From Octopus bimaculoides (Eukaryota): 63,312 nt of DNA. Position 1 is the first letter of the stretch. The number at the start of each line of letters is the position of its first letter. The stretch lies in NCBI RefSeq assembly GCF_001194135.2, contig NC_068997.1, positions 13,846,591 to 13,909,902 of the forward strand, written 5' to 3'. The position numbers and the translations under genes were made by a program. The notes under the pieces are model-generated. The model saw only the letters and a list, made by a program, of their open reading frames with translations. It was not told the DNA's origin and made no database searches. Of this stretch, positions 40,431-53,600 are shown in pieces.

Positions 40431-41177
40431 TCTAAATGCACTTTATATAAAAACAAATATTACATTGACTACAGCAACAACAATAACTGTATTCATATTG
40501 AGTATTGAATTGTGAAAGAGGAAAATATATACAAGAATCATTATATTCTAGTGGAAAATAATAACAATAACGACAACAACAACAACAACAACGTTCTGGT
40601 TGTAGAGCTGTCAATGTATGAACTCATAGCATACATTGCCTTGGGACTCACACCAGAATATATCAGGAGGTGTTTTATTCAAACAGGTGTTGCTGACATA
40701 ATTTAACATCATATATGTCAGTGGAGAAATGTGATGGTGTTCCGGTGTAAGTGTGAGGGGTGTTGGTGGGAAAGTAAATGAAGTACGGTGGGGTGAGGAT
40801 GAGATAAAACAATGGGGAAAGAAAGAGAGACAGAGAGAGAGAGAAACGGAGAGAAATTGAGTGAGCAGGAGAAAGAATGGGGGAAGACAGAGAGAGAAAG
40901 AGAGAGAGACAAAGAAATATCAGAAAAAGAAACTGTTATTACCATTGACATCAATAGCAGTAAAACCATTGTTGTCATCATCATAATCATCATCATCATC
41001 GTCATCATCTCATTATCATCATCACCATCCACATCATCAACTGGAGTGGTGGTCATCATCAACTATGATAGGAATAAATTAATTAGCATCTCCGAGCAAT
41101 CACAAACGCTAGAAAACTAACCACCAAACATGTCAATAAACAAGAAATATATATTTCATTGTGTTGGTGGGTCTCAA

Positions 41178-41620
41178 CATGGTCGTTTGAACTGCTAGAG
41201 ATAGCAACCAAAATTTCTTCCAAATCATGCCTTACTATCATTAACCCTTTAATATTCAGATTATTCTGTGAAATGTAATGTTTGTTTATTTATATTGTTT
41301 TGAATTAATCATGCATTATCATGTCTCTTAGGGAGTTCAACGATGTGATTGTTTACTTAGGGAGTTCAATGATGTGACATTGCAAGATTGAGGTGAGAGG
41401 TTATATCTGGTCTGCTTCAATATCAAACAGATTAAATATTTTGGCTAGACATGGCTGGTTTGAATGCTAAAGGGTTAAGTAAAATATCACATTCGATAAT
41501 GTAGTACTAGATACACAGTGCCTGCAGAGAAGAAAATGACCTGGGCAGGCACAACTGAAAAGTCCTTTATAGGTTTGCTGAAACTATATTGACCTGGGGT
41601 TAAATAACAACAACAAAAAC
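41178..41620 (+). mobile_element. Repeat family D, split by a piggyBac-like MITE
   Basis: ATGGTCGTTTGAACTGCTAGAGATAGCAACCAAAAT...[MITE]...GATAATGTAGTACTAGATACAC...GACCTGGGGTTAAATAACAACAAC. Confidence 0.65.
41245..41474. mobile_element. piggyBac-like MITE (230 bp)
   Basis: TTAA|CCCTTTAATATTCA...TGAATGCTAAAGGG|TTAA: TTAA on both sides, CCCT/AGGG termini, and 12 of 14 terminal bases complementary. There is an internal 29-bp duplication at 41327 and 41356. Confidence 0.8.
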
Positions 41621-41717
41621 AACAGCCAAAACTAAGCTTAACAAAAGACGTTTCACTTTATTACTTGTTCAGTTAGACATAGCAGTCAAATCTTGCCCAA
41701 TGATGATGATGACAATG

Positions 41718-41771
<54 letters not shown>

Positions 41772-42218
41772 TGTATGCATGCATAAGTATGTAGGTACCT
41801 GTTTATGGGTAGGAAATATATATATATGAATATGTCTATATGATTGCATCTCTATATATTTATGGATATACATGTATATACACATGAGTGAGCATGTGAG
41901 CACAAGAATATATGTATATAGATGGATACATGGATGAGTCTATATATATGCATTAGGCATAATTATGGTTTCAAATTTTAATATGTGAATAATTACAAAA
42001 TAAAGTAACATATATATTTACTAATACTAGAGAATAATACATTTTTATAATGACAAGTTGGCTTTAATTTTATGTATAAACCCATCTCATAACATTTATA
42101 TGCATTAATCAGCAATATTTTAGATTTGAGAAGATGTTTACGAAATACACATAAGATCATTTCTGTCACTCACTTTAGATATATGTATGAATGTAGACAT
42201 GTCTACATGTGAATATAT

Positions 42219-42275
<57 letters not shown>

Positions 42276-42514
42276 GGAGAGTATATGTGCTTGTGTAGGA
42301 ATATCTCTGTATATTAAGATAGATAACCATCTAATTTTGCTGCATTCATGTATAATGTACAAGATAAATACATATATATTTGTAATAAAATATAGATAAC
42401 GAGTGTCATATTGAAACTCAAACTCAGTTTTCTTCCTCTCTCTCATCTTTTATTACTTTTTGTTCTTATCTATCTCTCTATGTATCTATCTATTTATCTA
42501 TTTGTCTATCTATC

Positions 42515-42545
<31 letters not shown>

Positions 42546-42659
42546 ACAGGGGAGACAGATACATACATATATATGAATGCATGTATATACACACACACAA
42601 ACACACGCATATATGTATATACAAATACATATATACACATGAGACATATGTAACTATAG

Positions 42660-42697
<38 letters not shown>

Positions 42698-43209
42698 ATA
42701 GATGTACACACACCCATATACATGTCTATAAAATGCTTATATATAATGATTTATATGAAGTCATATATATATATGTATATATATTTGTGTGTGTGTGTAC
42801 ACAGAAACATGTATAAATACATATACACAATACATATATGCATGTATACACACACATAAACACATATATAAACACAGGGACACACAAGCAGATTTATATA
42901 CCTATATATACATGCCCTTGCATTTGTGTGTGTGCATGTATGCGTGTATGTGTTTAATTCTATATACTCACATATATTTTCTTAAAGTATCACATATACA
43001 ATTTATGAAACATTTTCGTATTCACACATGTAATGATGTACACTATATTTTCACTTCAAACCCTCTTTCAATTTTATATACTGAAATGAGATAAACTAGT
43101 GATAAAGCATGAAAATTATATGCATAAATACATACATACATAAATACACACACATACACACATATGTATATGCATACATGCGTCCGTACACATCTCTCTC
43201 ACTATATAC

Positions 43210-43266
<57 letters not shown>

Positions 43267-43431
43267 CACATATATATATATATATATATATGTATATACA
43301 TACACATAATTCATGCATTTATGCATAAATTATTCAGGTATATAAATGCACAAACTTATACACATATTAATACACACACACACACACACATATCTTATTT
43401 ATAATTATACATTTATACATTATATGTGACT

Positions 43432-43467
<36 letters not shown>

Positions 43468-43737
43468 AACACACACATATATTGCAGGATACAAATATAT
43501 GTTGAATATATTCTTAATAGCTTGTGTGTGTGTGTGTGTGTGTTTGTTTGTTTGTTTGTTTGCTTGTGTGGAAGAGTACTGGGGAAGAGAAGGGAGAGGT
43601 AGAGACACAGAGGGGAATAAACATCCATATACAGATGTAATATACACATATTTATATACATTTACATACGCTTATGCATTAAAAAAAAAAAACTAGACTC
43701 TTCGTAGAGTTACACACGCATACACTGATACAGATAG

Positions 43738-43783
<46 letters not shown>

Positions 43784-44143
43784 TTGTATGCACATACACA
43801 CATACACTCATAGACAACATGCATATATTTAGATCTATATGTGTGTGTTGGGGGATATCTGTGTATATGCGTGTGTTTGCATACTTGAGTGTATATATAT
43901 GAAGTTTAGCAACAAACTCTCTCAGATAAAATATTTTGAATGAAAGGAAGAAAACAAAAAAAATTCATATATATCAGCAAAATTATGTTTCCCTGCCCAC
44001 CCTTAACGAAAAATAAAAAAAATAAAAATGTGAAGATGCAAAAATGGTAAAAAAAGAAAATTATTTAAAAGATCTACGTGTATATATACATATATATACA
44101 TATATACATACAAATACATATATACATATACATACATATATAC

Positions 44144-44174
<31 letters not shown>

Positions 44175-44175
44175 C

Positions 44176-44238
<63 letters not shown>

Positions 44239-45204
44239 NNNNNNNNNNNNNNNNNNNNNNNNNNNNNNNNNNNNNNNNNNNNNNNNNNNNNNNNNNNNNN
44301 NNNNNNNNNNNNNNNNNNNNNNNNNNNNNNNNNNNNNNNNNNNNNNNNNNNNNNNNNNNNNNNNNNNNNNNNNNNNNNNNNNNNNNNNNNNNNNNNNNNN
44401 NNNNNNNNNNNNNNNNNNNNNNNNNNNNNNNNNNNNNNNNNNNNNNNNNNNNNNNNNNNNNNNNNNNNNNNNNNNNNNNNNNNNNNNNNNNNNNNNNNNN
44501 NNNNNNNNNNNNNNNNNNNNNNNNNNNNNNNNNNNNNNNNNNNNNNNNNNNNNNNNNNNNNNNNNNNNNNNNNNNNNNNNNNNNNNNNNNNNNNNNNNNN
44601 NNNNNNNNNNNNNNNNNNNNNNNNNNNNNNNNNNNNNNNATATATATGCATTTGATGATAAATAATAAATAAATAAATAATTTAAAACCACAGTATCATA
44701 TTGAGAAATCTCTTCCTAATTATGAACTTTATTCAAGAAATGACAGATTTATTCATTGTGAGGAAGAATGTAGATAGATATTCAGCCAAGGAGATTTCTC
44801 TGGAAGATAACCAAATAAATGGAATCTCTCTCTTTCTCGCTCTCTCTCTCCCTCTCTAAATGTATATGAGGCAATAGATCTCATTGAAGAAAGGGAAACC
44901 AAAAAGAAAGAAGAAAAATAAATTTTTTTTTTCCAGATTTGGGAGAAAAAAAGGTAACGTAATAATAATAATAATAATCATAATAATAATAATATGTGTT
45001 ATATCTATTGAATTCAAAATTAGTAACTCTAATACTACTAATAATAATAGTAATTATTATTATTACAGTTGTAAGGAGGATGATTGATGATGATGATGGC
45101 AATGACGAAAACGTTGATGATGTATTATAATTTATCCGTATATATCTTGTACAGGGACACACATACACACACACAAACACACACACACAAACACACACAC
45201 ACAA

Positions 45205-45238
<34 letters not shown>

Positions 45239-45467
45239 ACATACACACACACATATATATATATATATAGTTATATATAAACATATATCAATATGTAATG
45301 CATGATTTATGTATCATAACATTTTGAATTTTTAGAACATTCAAATTTATAAGCGAATATGTTTTCTGGCATTCCTACATGCATATGTATACATCTGCAT
45401 ATAAGCATTCATATTACATTAATACATGCATGCATTCATATATGCATGCATACATGCATACATACAT

Positions 45468-45746
45468 GAATACCAGCTGCCCAACAGATGTTGACATAAA
45501 GTTAAAGATCAGCGAAAAAGAAAATACATGCTCTGAACTACTGAGAAATCTGCAGTTACTCAACGCAGATTACAAGTTCAGGTTTATACCTGTAATTATT
45601 GGGGCCCTGGGATATGTAACACACTGCCTTAGTACCAACCTTGAGAAATTAGGCATCTCAAAACAAGAATGAAGAAAGCTGATTTGAAGATTACAGTTCC
45701 AAGCCATCCCCAGAACTATAAAAAATTGTAAAACTTGCTTGTATTA
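45468..45746 (+). mobile_element. RLE (restriction-like endonuclease) non-LTR retrotransposon C-terminus
   Basis: The ORF track gives TSCPTDVDIKLKISEKENTCSELLRNLQLLNADYKFRFIPVIIGALGYV, the typical RLE tail (..SCP.D....K..EK...Y..L...IP..IGALG). In-frame stops follow. Confidence 0.8.
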
Positions 45747-46582
45747 ATTTAATATGAATGTTTATATGCATTTGTATATATATGTGTGTATATGTGAGTT
45801 CAGTCATAGATTGAGTCTTCATATATGAATCAATTAGACATTATGAACTTTAAACTTTGATAGCCTTTAGCCAGCATAGTCCCAGGCCATTTTTAACTTA
45901 ATAGCACCACCCGGTGAAGTCTTTTAGTCATATATGGGGCACCATGGCCCACTATAGCAAAGATTTACTATTGTTGGAGACATATCTGGGCGTAGGAGTT
46001 TGGTCTGGGATTTTTAAGAGAAATTTGTTCAGGGAACTTTTGAATTTTATGGGATCCATTTCAGTTTTAATGTATTTTGGTATAATATTAAAGAGAGCTG
46101 GACTGGTTGAGGTAAAAGTAATTGTGTTGTAATGTTATGTGTCTTGAGTTTGACTTTTGCAGTGGGCCATTAGCAGAGGGGCCAAGTCTTGAGTGGATTT
46201 TAAAATTGATGCCAACATCATTTATGCAATATTGATGGAATATTTTCCACATCACACAAATGATGTAGCACTCCCAGTGGCATTAACTCTTCCCAAAGTA
46301 TTCTATGATGATCAGAGCTATACACCCAAATAAGTTCTACAACTCTCCTTCAACAGATCATTGAAAGAAAAGCTGTAGAAAGTAGTATTTTGCTATATTG
46401 CCCAGAATACCTCAGTTTGACAGCAACATCAGTGATTAAAGCATATCTTGGAGCAAGTCCAAGATATCACCTGCCATTTTGAAGAATATGTTTTGATATA
46501 ATACAGGAACAATAAATTGTAAATAGCAACAAAAAGCTCTGATACACAAATAAAGATAAGGTTTCTGATACCACCCAGATAA

Positions 46583-47200
46583 GAAAGTTCCGAGGAGGGT
46601 TGAAGGGGAGGAGGGGGATGAAGGATTTCCTTGATAAATCCAAGAAGGGGTGAGAAGCTTCCTGGAAAGTTCTGAGGAGAGGGAGGTAGAACTTCCTGGA
46701 AAAGTCCAAGGAGTGGTGGCAACTTCGTGGGAAGTTCCGAGGATTGGGAAGGGGAAGAAGGAGCAACTTCCTGGAAAGTTCCGAGGATGCGGAGGAAGGA
46801 CTTCTTGGAAAAGTCCAAGGAGAGGTGAAGAGGAGAAGAGGGATAAAGGAATCCTGGAAAGTCCAGGGAAGGTGTGGACAACTTCCTGCAATGTTCCGAG
46901 GATGGAAGGACTTCCAAGAAAATTCCATGGGTGGATGCAACTACCGGGAAAGTTTCGAATGGGGGTGCAGAGGAGAGGAGGAAGGGCATTCAGGAAAAGT
47001 CCAAGGAGGAGGTGGGAAACTTCTTGGAAAATTCCTAGGAGGAGGATGGGAAGAAGGAGAGGAGGAGGGTGAAGGACTTCCTGGAAAAGTGCGAGGGTGT
47101 AGGCAACTTCCTTGAAAGTTCCGAGGGATGGGGACGGGATGGAAAGAGAAGGACTTCCAAGTAGGGACCTGAGTGGGACTTCCTGGAAAAATCCATGGAG
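46583..47200. repeat. Array of ~17 quasi-palindromic units (GGACTTCCTGGAAAAGTCCAAGG / CAACTTCCTGGAAAGTTCCGAGG) with purine-rich variable spacers
   Basis: Units read directly at about 46623, 46656, 46690, 46720, 46764, 46798, 46848, 46879, 46908, 46938, 46985, 47017, 47074, 47104, 47150 and 47176, plus a partial unit at 46583. Confidence 0.9.
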
Positions 47201-47739
47201 GGGGAGGAAGGAGAGGAAGGGGTGTATCTTTTCAGAGAAGCGAGATGTGATTAGCAGGGGTCGTAAATGAAAAGTTGAGCAGGGTAAGAATTCTTACTAA
47301 TAGCTCTGGCATTCAACTTTTAATCATTTGTAGTTATTCTGTGGTTGCCTGTTATCATTTAGTCTTTGGTCAGTCATGATCGAGCAGACCTAAGACCGAC
47401 GGTGTTCCAGTTATTACACTTCTGTGTCTTCTATTCTAAGACTAAATTATTTGTAAATGCAGTAGTGTGTGGCTTGGGAGGATGCTGGTAATGCTTTTTA
47501 GCTATTGGGCGACCATGAAGAGAGTCCGCCAATTAATTGTAGCGTAAATAACCTTTTGTTAAAAATGGGTGCCTATTCTTACTTCATGTCACTTTTTAAT
47601 TAATATCTGCCTTGTAATTTCAGCAATAGTCATAGCATTTAATTTTAAAGAACTGACTTCATAGAACAGGAAAAGTAAACAGCAACAACTACATTAATTA
47701 AAAGCAACCACTACTACAACAAAAGTATGAAAACTAAAG

Positions 47740-48277
47740 CAGACTGTGGAATTCAACACTGAGGATGTCACCCACATCCTAAGTAGATGTCAAAAAATTT
47801 AATTATGTTATTATTTCTCACAAATGAGAGATGATATCCAAGCCAGAATATTGTACAGTAAAATCTGTTGTAAGGATAAACTCGAGGAAAAGAAAACTGG
47901 TAAAATATTGCAGTTAAGACCTCAGTAAACTGAAAGTCTAACAGGCCAGATATAATGACTTGGGAGTGAGGAAAGAAACTATGCACAACTATGAGGGAAA
48001 TCAGCACTGATTAGATGTTAACACTGTGCTGAGAAATAAAAAAGCATCTGGGTCCAAATAGTGATTCATCAGCAGCTAATCTACTCTGACTATAAATTTA
48101 GATTTACACCAATAATTAATGGAGCATTTGGATATATAACTAACTGCCTGAGCAACAGTCTTGAGAAAGCAGGACTCGAAAATATAAAGGCAGCACAGCT
48201 AGTTAGGAAATTACAGATATAAGCAATCAAAACCACTGTGAAAATATGTAAAATGTTTCAGAATTTGAAGTGTAATA
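47740..48277 (+). mobile_element. RLE non-LTR retrotransposon remnant (CCHC knuckle plus endonuclease tail)
   Basis: TEDVTHILSRCQK (H-x4-C of the zinc knuckle), MRDDIQARILY, then YSDYKFRFTPIINGAFGYITNCLSNSLEKAG...KICKMF; paralogous to 45468-45746. Confidence 0.75.
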
Positions 48278-48350
48278 AGTGCATATATTAACATGGAGCT
48301 ATGCATGTATATGCTTGTGTACATATACCCAAGTCAAAGCACACAGATCC

Positions 48351-48466
48351 ACACATGCAATAGAATATATGCTTGTGTACATGTATATGTGTGAACGTGC
48401 ATATACACATGCAATAGCATATATGCTTGCGTACATGTATATGTGTGAACGTGCATATACACATGC
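48351..48466. repeat. 54-bp tandem repeat, ~2.1 copies
   Basis: ACACATGCAATAGAATATATGCTTGTGTACATGTATATGTGTGAACGTGCATAT starts at 48351 and 48405, with a partial copy at 48459. Confidence 0.9.
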
Positions 48467-49648
48467 ATGTATGGTTATATGCCTACACACATCTATGCAT
48501 ACATGCGTGTATGATACAGACATACATGCAACAGTAAATGTAGATGCTAACATCATTGCTAGAAGTTATATCAAAATGTATGATGAAACGTATTGGGCAA
48601 TCAATACTTAACTGTATACAGCTGCTATCACTCTCAAAGCAAAGCTAGGAATTACATGCAAAGGACATGGTAATGAAATAACGCCTGCAACCCAGATGGA
48701 TGACAGAAAATATCAACAACCTGCACTGAAGAATAAAACATTTAGATGTCATCATAAGGTAAATAATTTCACAGAGCACCATCTAAATTATGCAGAAAGA
48801 AAAAAACTGAATGGTGATTCTACACTCCAAAATCTTGAGGGGAAATCAATGAGTTCAAAACTCAAAATGAAGACGTTGAGTGCAAAACCTTGTTGTCCAA
48901 AAACTACTTCAATAAGCTAGTATTAAACACATGTTTGCTTCTAATCCAGAAGTTCTATGCCAGAGGATAAAAAAATTATCAATATCTCCATAAAAATGTC
49001 CCTTCTTGTAAAGTTTTAAAATAAATTTGGTCTAAGATCTAGAATAAAAAGCAGGACTTCAATCAGAATGTATCACATCTAAATACAATCATGAATAAGT
49101 ACCGAAGCAATATTAAAAGGGAAATTTACACAATCGACCTTTGAAATGTTCACCAAAGATGTGAGAAAGTTGTTTAATGGGAGGGCATTTGGAAGAAACC
49201 TAATAGCTGCATAGTTGTACAAGATGTTGATGTTTAGCAGAAAGTCCCTTACAAACTTATTTCAAAGAAAAATGGGAAGTCAGTTTGCTTATGATGGCTC
49301 AAAGAACAAACCAAGCTGCAAGGTATTGAAAGGACTTGATGTTGTAAAGCAAACTGGTCTATACAACATATAATTAATTAACGTTTAATTGCAATACACT
49401 TTACTCAACATCGTTTTGAGAGATTTGCATGCTTTAAATAAGTACAATCATACCCATATATGGAGATAACTGTATATGAGAGAGCTTAAGGTGTAAGGAA
49501 CTGAATTAATAAAGAAGAGAACAGAAAAGTGTAGATGACAAATGCAGTTTTAAAATGGTTGAATGCTGAATATAATTAATTTTTGTGATTAATTTTCTTG
49601 TCTTAATTACGGGGAAATCATTTTCTTAGAGTCAACTTTTACAAAAGT

Positions 49649-49846
49649 TGCGGTTGTGAGGTAAGAAATTTGCTTCTCAACCACATGATTCTTGGTTCAG
49701 TCTCATTGCATGGTACCTTGGGTATGTATTTTCTATAACCCTGGGCTTACCACAGCCTTGTGAGTTGATATCATTCATGGAAACTGTAAGAAATCTGTTA
49801 TATAGATACATATGTGCATGTGTGTTTCTGTGTTTGTCCTCCCTAG
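49649..49846 (+). mobile_element. SINE family A, diverged 5' half
   Basis: GGTTGTGAGGTAAGAAATTTGCTT...GGTTCAGTCTCATTGCATGGTACCTTGGG...CAGCCTTGTGAG. Confidence 0.75.
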
Positions 49847-50035
49847 AACCCATAGTGGAAATAGTCATTATTTATTCCCTCATCCTTCAGCATCTTCACT
49901 TCAATGCTAACATGAACAAGATAGAACTTGTTTTGAATCAGCCATTTCCATTCAAATGCCTTTTCTGATGTCAGCATGTTTAGTAGCCTCTTACCAATTG
50001 CTGGAATACGATATTTAAAAAAAGAAAATGGTCTT

Positions 50036-50225
50036 TTATCTTTTACTGGTTTAAGTCATTGAACTGCGGCCATCAAGGGGTTTTAGTCAAACAAATCAAA
50101 TCCAGTACATATTTCTTCTTAGGGGGTTTGTTAATTATTCTTTCTGTGTCTTTTGTTGAAATGTGAAGCTACAGAAATGTAAGGAACAAACAAACAGTAT
50201 CTGTCAAGCGTTCTGTGTGGACACA
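50036..50225 (-). mobile_element. SINE family A, diverged 3' fragment
   Basis: TCTTTTACTGGTTTAAGTCATTGAACTGCGGCCAT...TTTAGTCAAACAAATC...CTGTCAAGCG. Confidence 0.65.
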
Positions 50226-50281
50226 CACATAAAGTCACGTATACAAATACACACACAATTATATATATATTAATGTATGTA

Positions 50282-50397
50282 TTGGGTTATTCCATAATTA
50301 GTGTGGTTTTTTCAAACTTCTTTTATTTTTCAAAATTAAGATAAACAAAGTTCTTTTTTAATCTAAAATATACTCTCCTTCATTTCTAGTAATTTGA
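50282..50397 (-). mobile_element. mariner-like transposon 3' end
   Basis: The minus strand reads QITRNEGEYILD*, like the mariner transposase terminus (..V.NNGEY..). It is followed by an AT-rich tail and a terminus TA|TTGGGTTATTCC on the plus strand. Confidence 0.55.
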
Positions 50398-50914
50398 GCA
50401 AACATAGGAAAGAGTCACAAATTATGTGCTTCCAACAATGATATCGGCTATTCTAACCAAGATTTAGTGACTTGTAATACAGTATGGTCTTTGGAATTGC
50501 ATTTTATAAGTTGAAGTAAAAATATTTTGATGGTGATTGCCTAACACAAACTGGAAGTATAGGGCATTTTGATTTGCTGAGGTAAGATGAGAAAGGAAAA
50601 AGGAGAAAATGACAAATTCCTACATTGAAATATTAACAGCACACAATGGGATCCTTTAGATGCTGATCGTAAATTTGATCCAGGGATTGAAAGCATATTG
50701 ACAGCTTTGAAATCCAAATGCAAAATCTTATCAATGTTAACTTTATATTCCCTGTTATATGATATTAAAGTCAACTTAAGCAATATATGTGCATATGTAT
50801 ATATTAACTTAATATATATATAGTTAAGCTATACATACACACACACACACATAAATATGTATGTATATATATGTATGCATATTTCTATATATATGTATGT
50901 AGATATGTATATAT

Positions 50915-50964
<50 letters not shown>

Positions 50965-52345
50965 GTATATGTATTAATGTATATATATATGTATGTGTGT
51001 GTGTTCTCACACATTTAGAGGAACATGCTTCCTGGCATCAATATATAGCCACATGAGCATATATGTATGTATACATGTATGTATGTATATACATGCATGT
51101 ATACACACACACATAAAGAGAGAGATAGAGAGAGAAAGTGAAAGAACGAAAGATAGATATAAAATACATAACGTTTATCTACATACATTATATGTTTATA
51201 TACTCATATACACACAGGCAAGAAGGAAATAAAATGAAAAGCACTTAAATAAATAGAAACCATCTTCTTGGTTTTCCTTATTACAATTTTTTTTTCATAA
51301 GGAGGCTACATTTTTTTTTTCAAATTATATACTACATAATATTGTCGTTATTATTAGTAGGCATAGTATAAAGAAAAGATTATTATTATTATTATTACTA
51401 TTATTATTATTATTATTATTATTGGCATTATTTTTATTAACTATTAAGACTGATTTTATTTTATTTTTAGCTTTACCTTAACTTTTGGATTAGCCAAAGA
51501 AAAAAAAAATAATGATAAATAAGAAAGTGAGGAAGAAAAAAAATATTGTCAACTATTCCTGTATATTAAATCCACCAAAGAAATTTCATATTCTATGTTA
51601 GAACTTGAAGATCGCTTTTAAGTGAGCTCATTTTTGTTTTTGTCTCTGTGTTTTTCCCCCCTTTTTTTTTGCAGTATGTATATGTATGTTTGCGTGTTTA
51701 ATACACACAGACACACACACATATGTATGTATATAAGTATTTAATATGTGTGTGTGAATGTATGTCCCTTTCCTTTTATATCACAAGCAAGCTGAACCAT
51801 CGGTAAACAATGAATGCTTATATGGGTAGACATGAAAGATTTCTCAAAGAACTTGAATATATTCAGACCTTTGCTCCAAGGTGCCAACCATTTTCTTTCT
51901 TTCTTTCTTTCTTCTTTTTTTATTAGATTTTGATTTTTAGATTTACTTCTATTTTTTTTACTTCTTCACTTTCGTTTATTTTTTTAAACTTCATTCATTT
52001 TTTTTTTGTAGTCTTTGGGTTGGTTATGGTGGTGAAGATACAGATGAGGTTAGGAACCAGTACCACTATCCCTCCTCATGATATAATATAATATAATAAA
52101 TGAAAATAATAACCAAAAAAAAGAAAAGGGCAGAAAATTAGGAAAAAAGCAAAATAAACAATATTTTTCGACAACCAAACCACCACAGCCCCCAAAGAAC
52201 CCCTCAAAATAATAAATAAATATAAAAAATATCAAAGCTATAATATAGTATATACACACATGTACTCATGTATTTGTTTGCATGTGTCTAAGTATGTGAA
52301 TATATATGCACATACATACATATATATATGCATCTATGTATGTGT

Positions 52346-52386
<41 letters not shown>

Positions 52387-52546
52387 TAGGGGGATAAGAG
52401 AACATCAACAACAAAACAAGAAGAGAATGAGAGAATAAGACCAGTAACTAAAATGCATCTCCCTTGCAACTTTCCAATTATTACTTAAAAGGAATATTTT
52501 AGGAAGTGCTTTTACTCAGCATTGTATAAACCATTTTAATGTCTAC

Positions 52547-52585
<39 letters not shown>

Positions 52586-52949
52586 CATTATTATTATTAT
52601 TATTTTTATTTTTCATTTATTCTGTTCAACTGTGTGGTAAGAAGCCTTTGTGCACATATACGTGTATGCGCTAAGGAGTATAAACATGAATGCGTATGTG
52701 TGTTTTACTTTGATTTTTTTTTTTATATATTTAATTTCATAAGTCTTTTTTTTATTTGTAATTTATTTTTTGTCTATTATTTTTTTATTTTAAAATTTTA
52801 TTTTATGCTGTGTTTGTGTATGTTTTTTTTTTAGTGTGTGTGCTTTTTCAAATAATAAACTTTTGTAAGAAACTGCTTGATTCTTGTGCAATTCACTGGG
52901 TAATTCTTCTGTCAATTTCTGTGTTACTTTATATATATATGTCTGTGTG

Positions 52950-52994
<45 letters not shown>

Positions 52995-53244
52995 CACATA
53001 TACATATCTATACATATATATGTATAGATATGTATGTATATAAATATAAATTAAAAATAGAAATAATAATATTAATATTGATGATAATGGTACTACCATT
53101 ACTAATAATGTTGAAGATGATCATCATGATGATGATACAAAGGGGAATAACCGTTATAATGACAACAATAACAACAACAGCAGCTATAATAATGAATTTG
53201 AATGTATCTGAGAGCTAGATGAAAAGATTTAAATAAAAGATAAA

Positions 53245-53287
<43 letters not shown>

Positions 53288-53563
53288 TGATGATGATGAT
53301 AATAATAATAATGATAATAAAATATTAAGGAAATTCAGATGAAAATGAGAAAATACCTATATCCGGGCATTTTGTATAATTTTATATTTTGACATGGCTA
53401 CTTTTTTTTCCGCTATTTCTTTTATATCAAATAACTTTCATAAAGTAGGTTCTCCTTTTTTTTAGGATACCTCTATGTTTGAAATTTTTTAAACACTCAC
53501 ACACACACACACACANNNNNNNNNNNNNNNNNNNNNNNNNNNNNNNNNNNNNNNNNNNNNNNN

Positions 53564-53600
<37 letters not shown>

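Noticed and set aside
40597-40700. Short unique block between microsatellites (ELSMYELIAYIALGLTPEYIRR)
   Set aside because: Splice signals are ambiguous on both strands, and no protein family is recognised.
46429-47115. ORFs of 123-186 aa on both strands over the array
   Set aside because: All three minus frames and two plus frames are open together because the purine/pyrimidine skew removes stop codons. Unit spacing is not consistently a multiple of 3, and the peptides are low-complexity.
46583-47200. CRISPR-like appearance (palindromic repeat plus variable spacer)
   Set aside because: The context is eukaryotic, the repeats are degenerate and of two types, the spacers are short, low-complexity and unequal, and there are no cas genes.
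48690-49510. Possible further Penelope-like remnant
   Set aside because: Only vague similarity (IIPIYG...KELN), with no recognisable GIY-YIG motif.
50511-50581. Exon-like interval ending GAG|GTAAGA
   Set aside because: All three frames contain stops within 21 nt of the putative acceptor, and the acceptor is weak.
52011-52080. Strong polypyrimidine acceptor followed by LWVGYGGEDTDEV
   Set aside because: The donor is poor (GTTAGG), frames close within 26 codons, and no homology is recognised.
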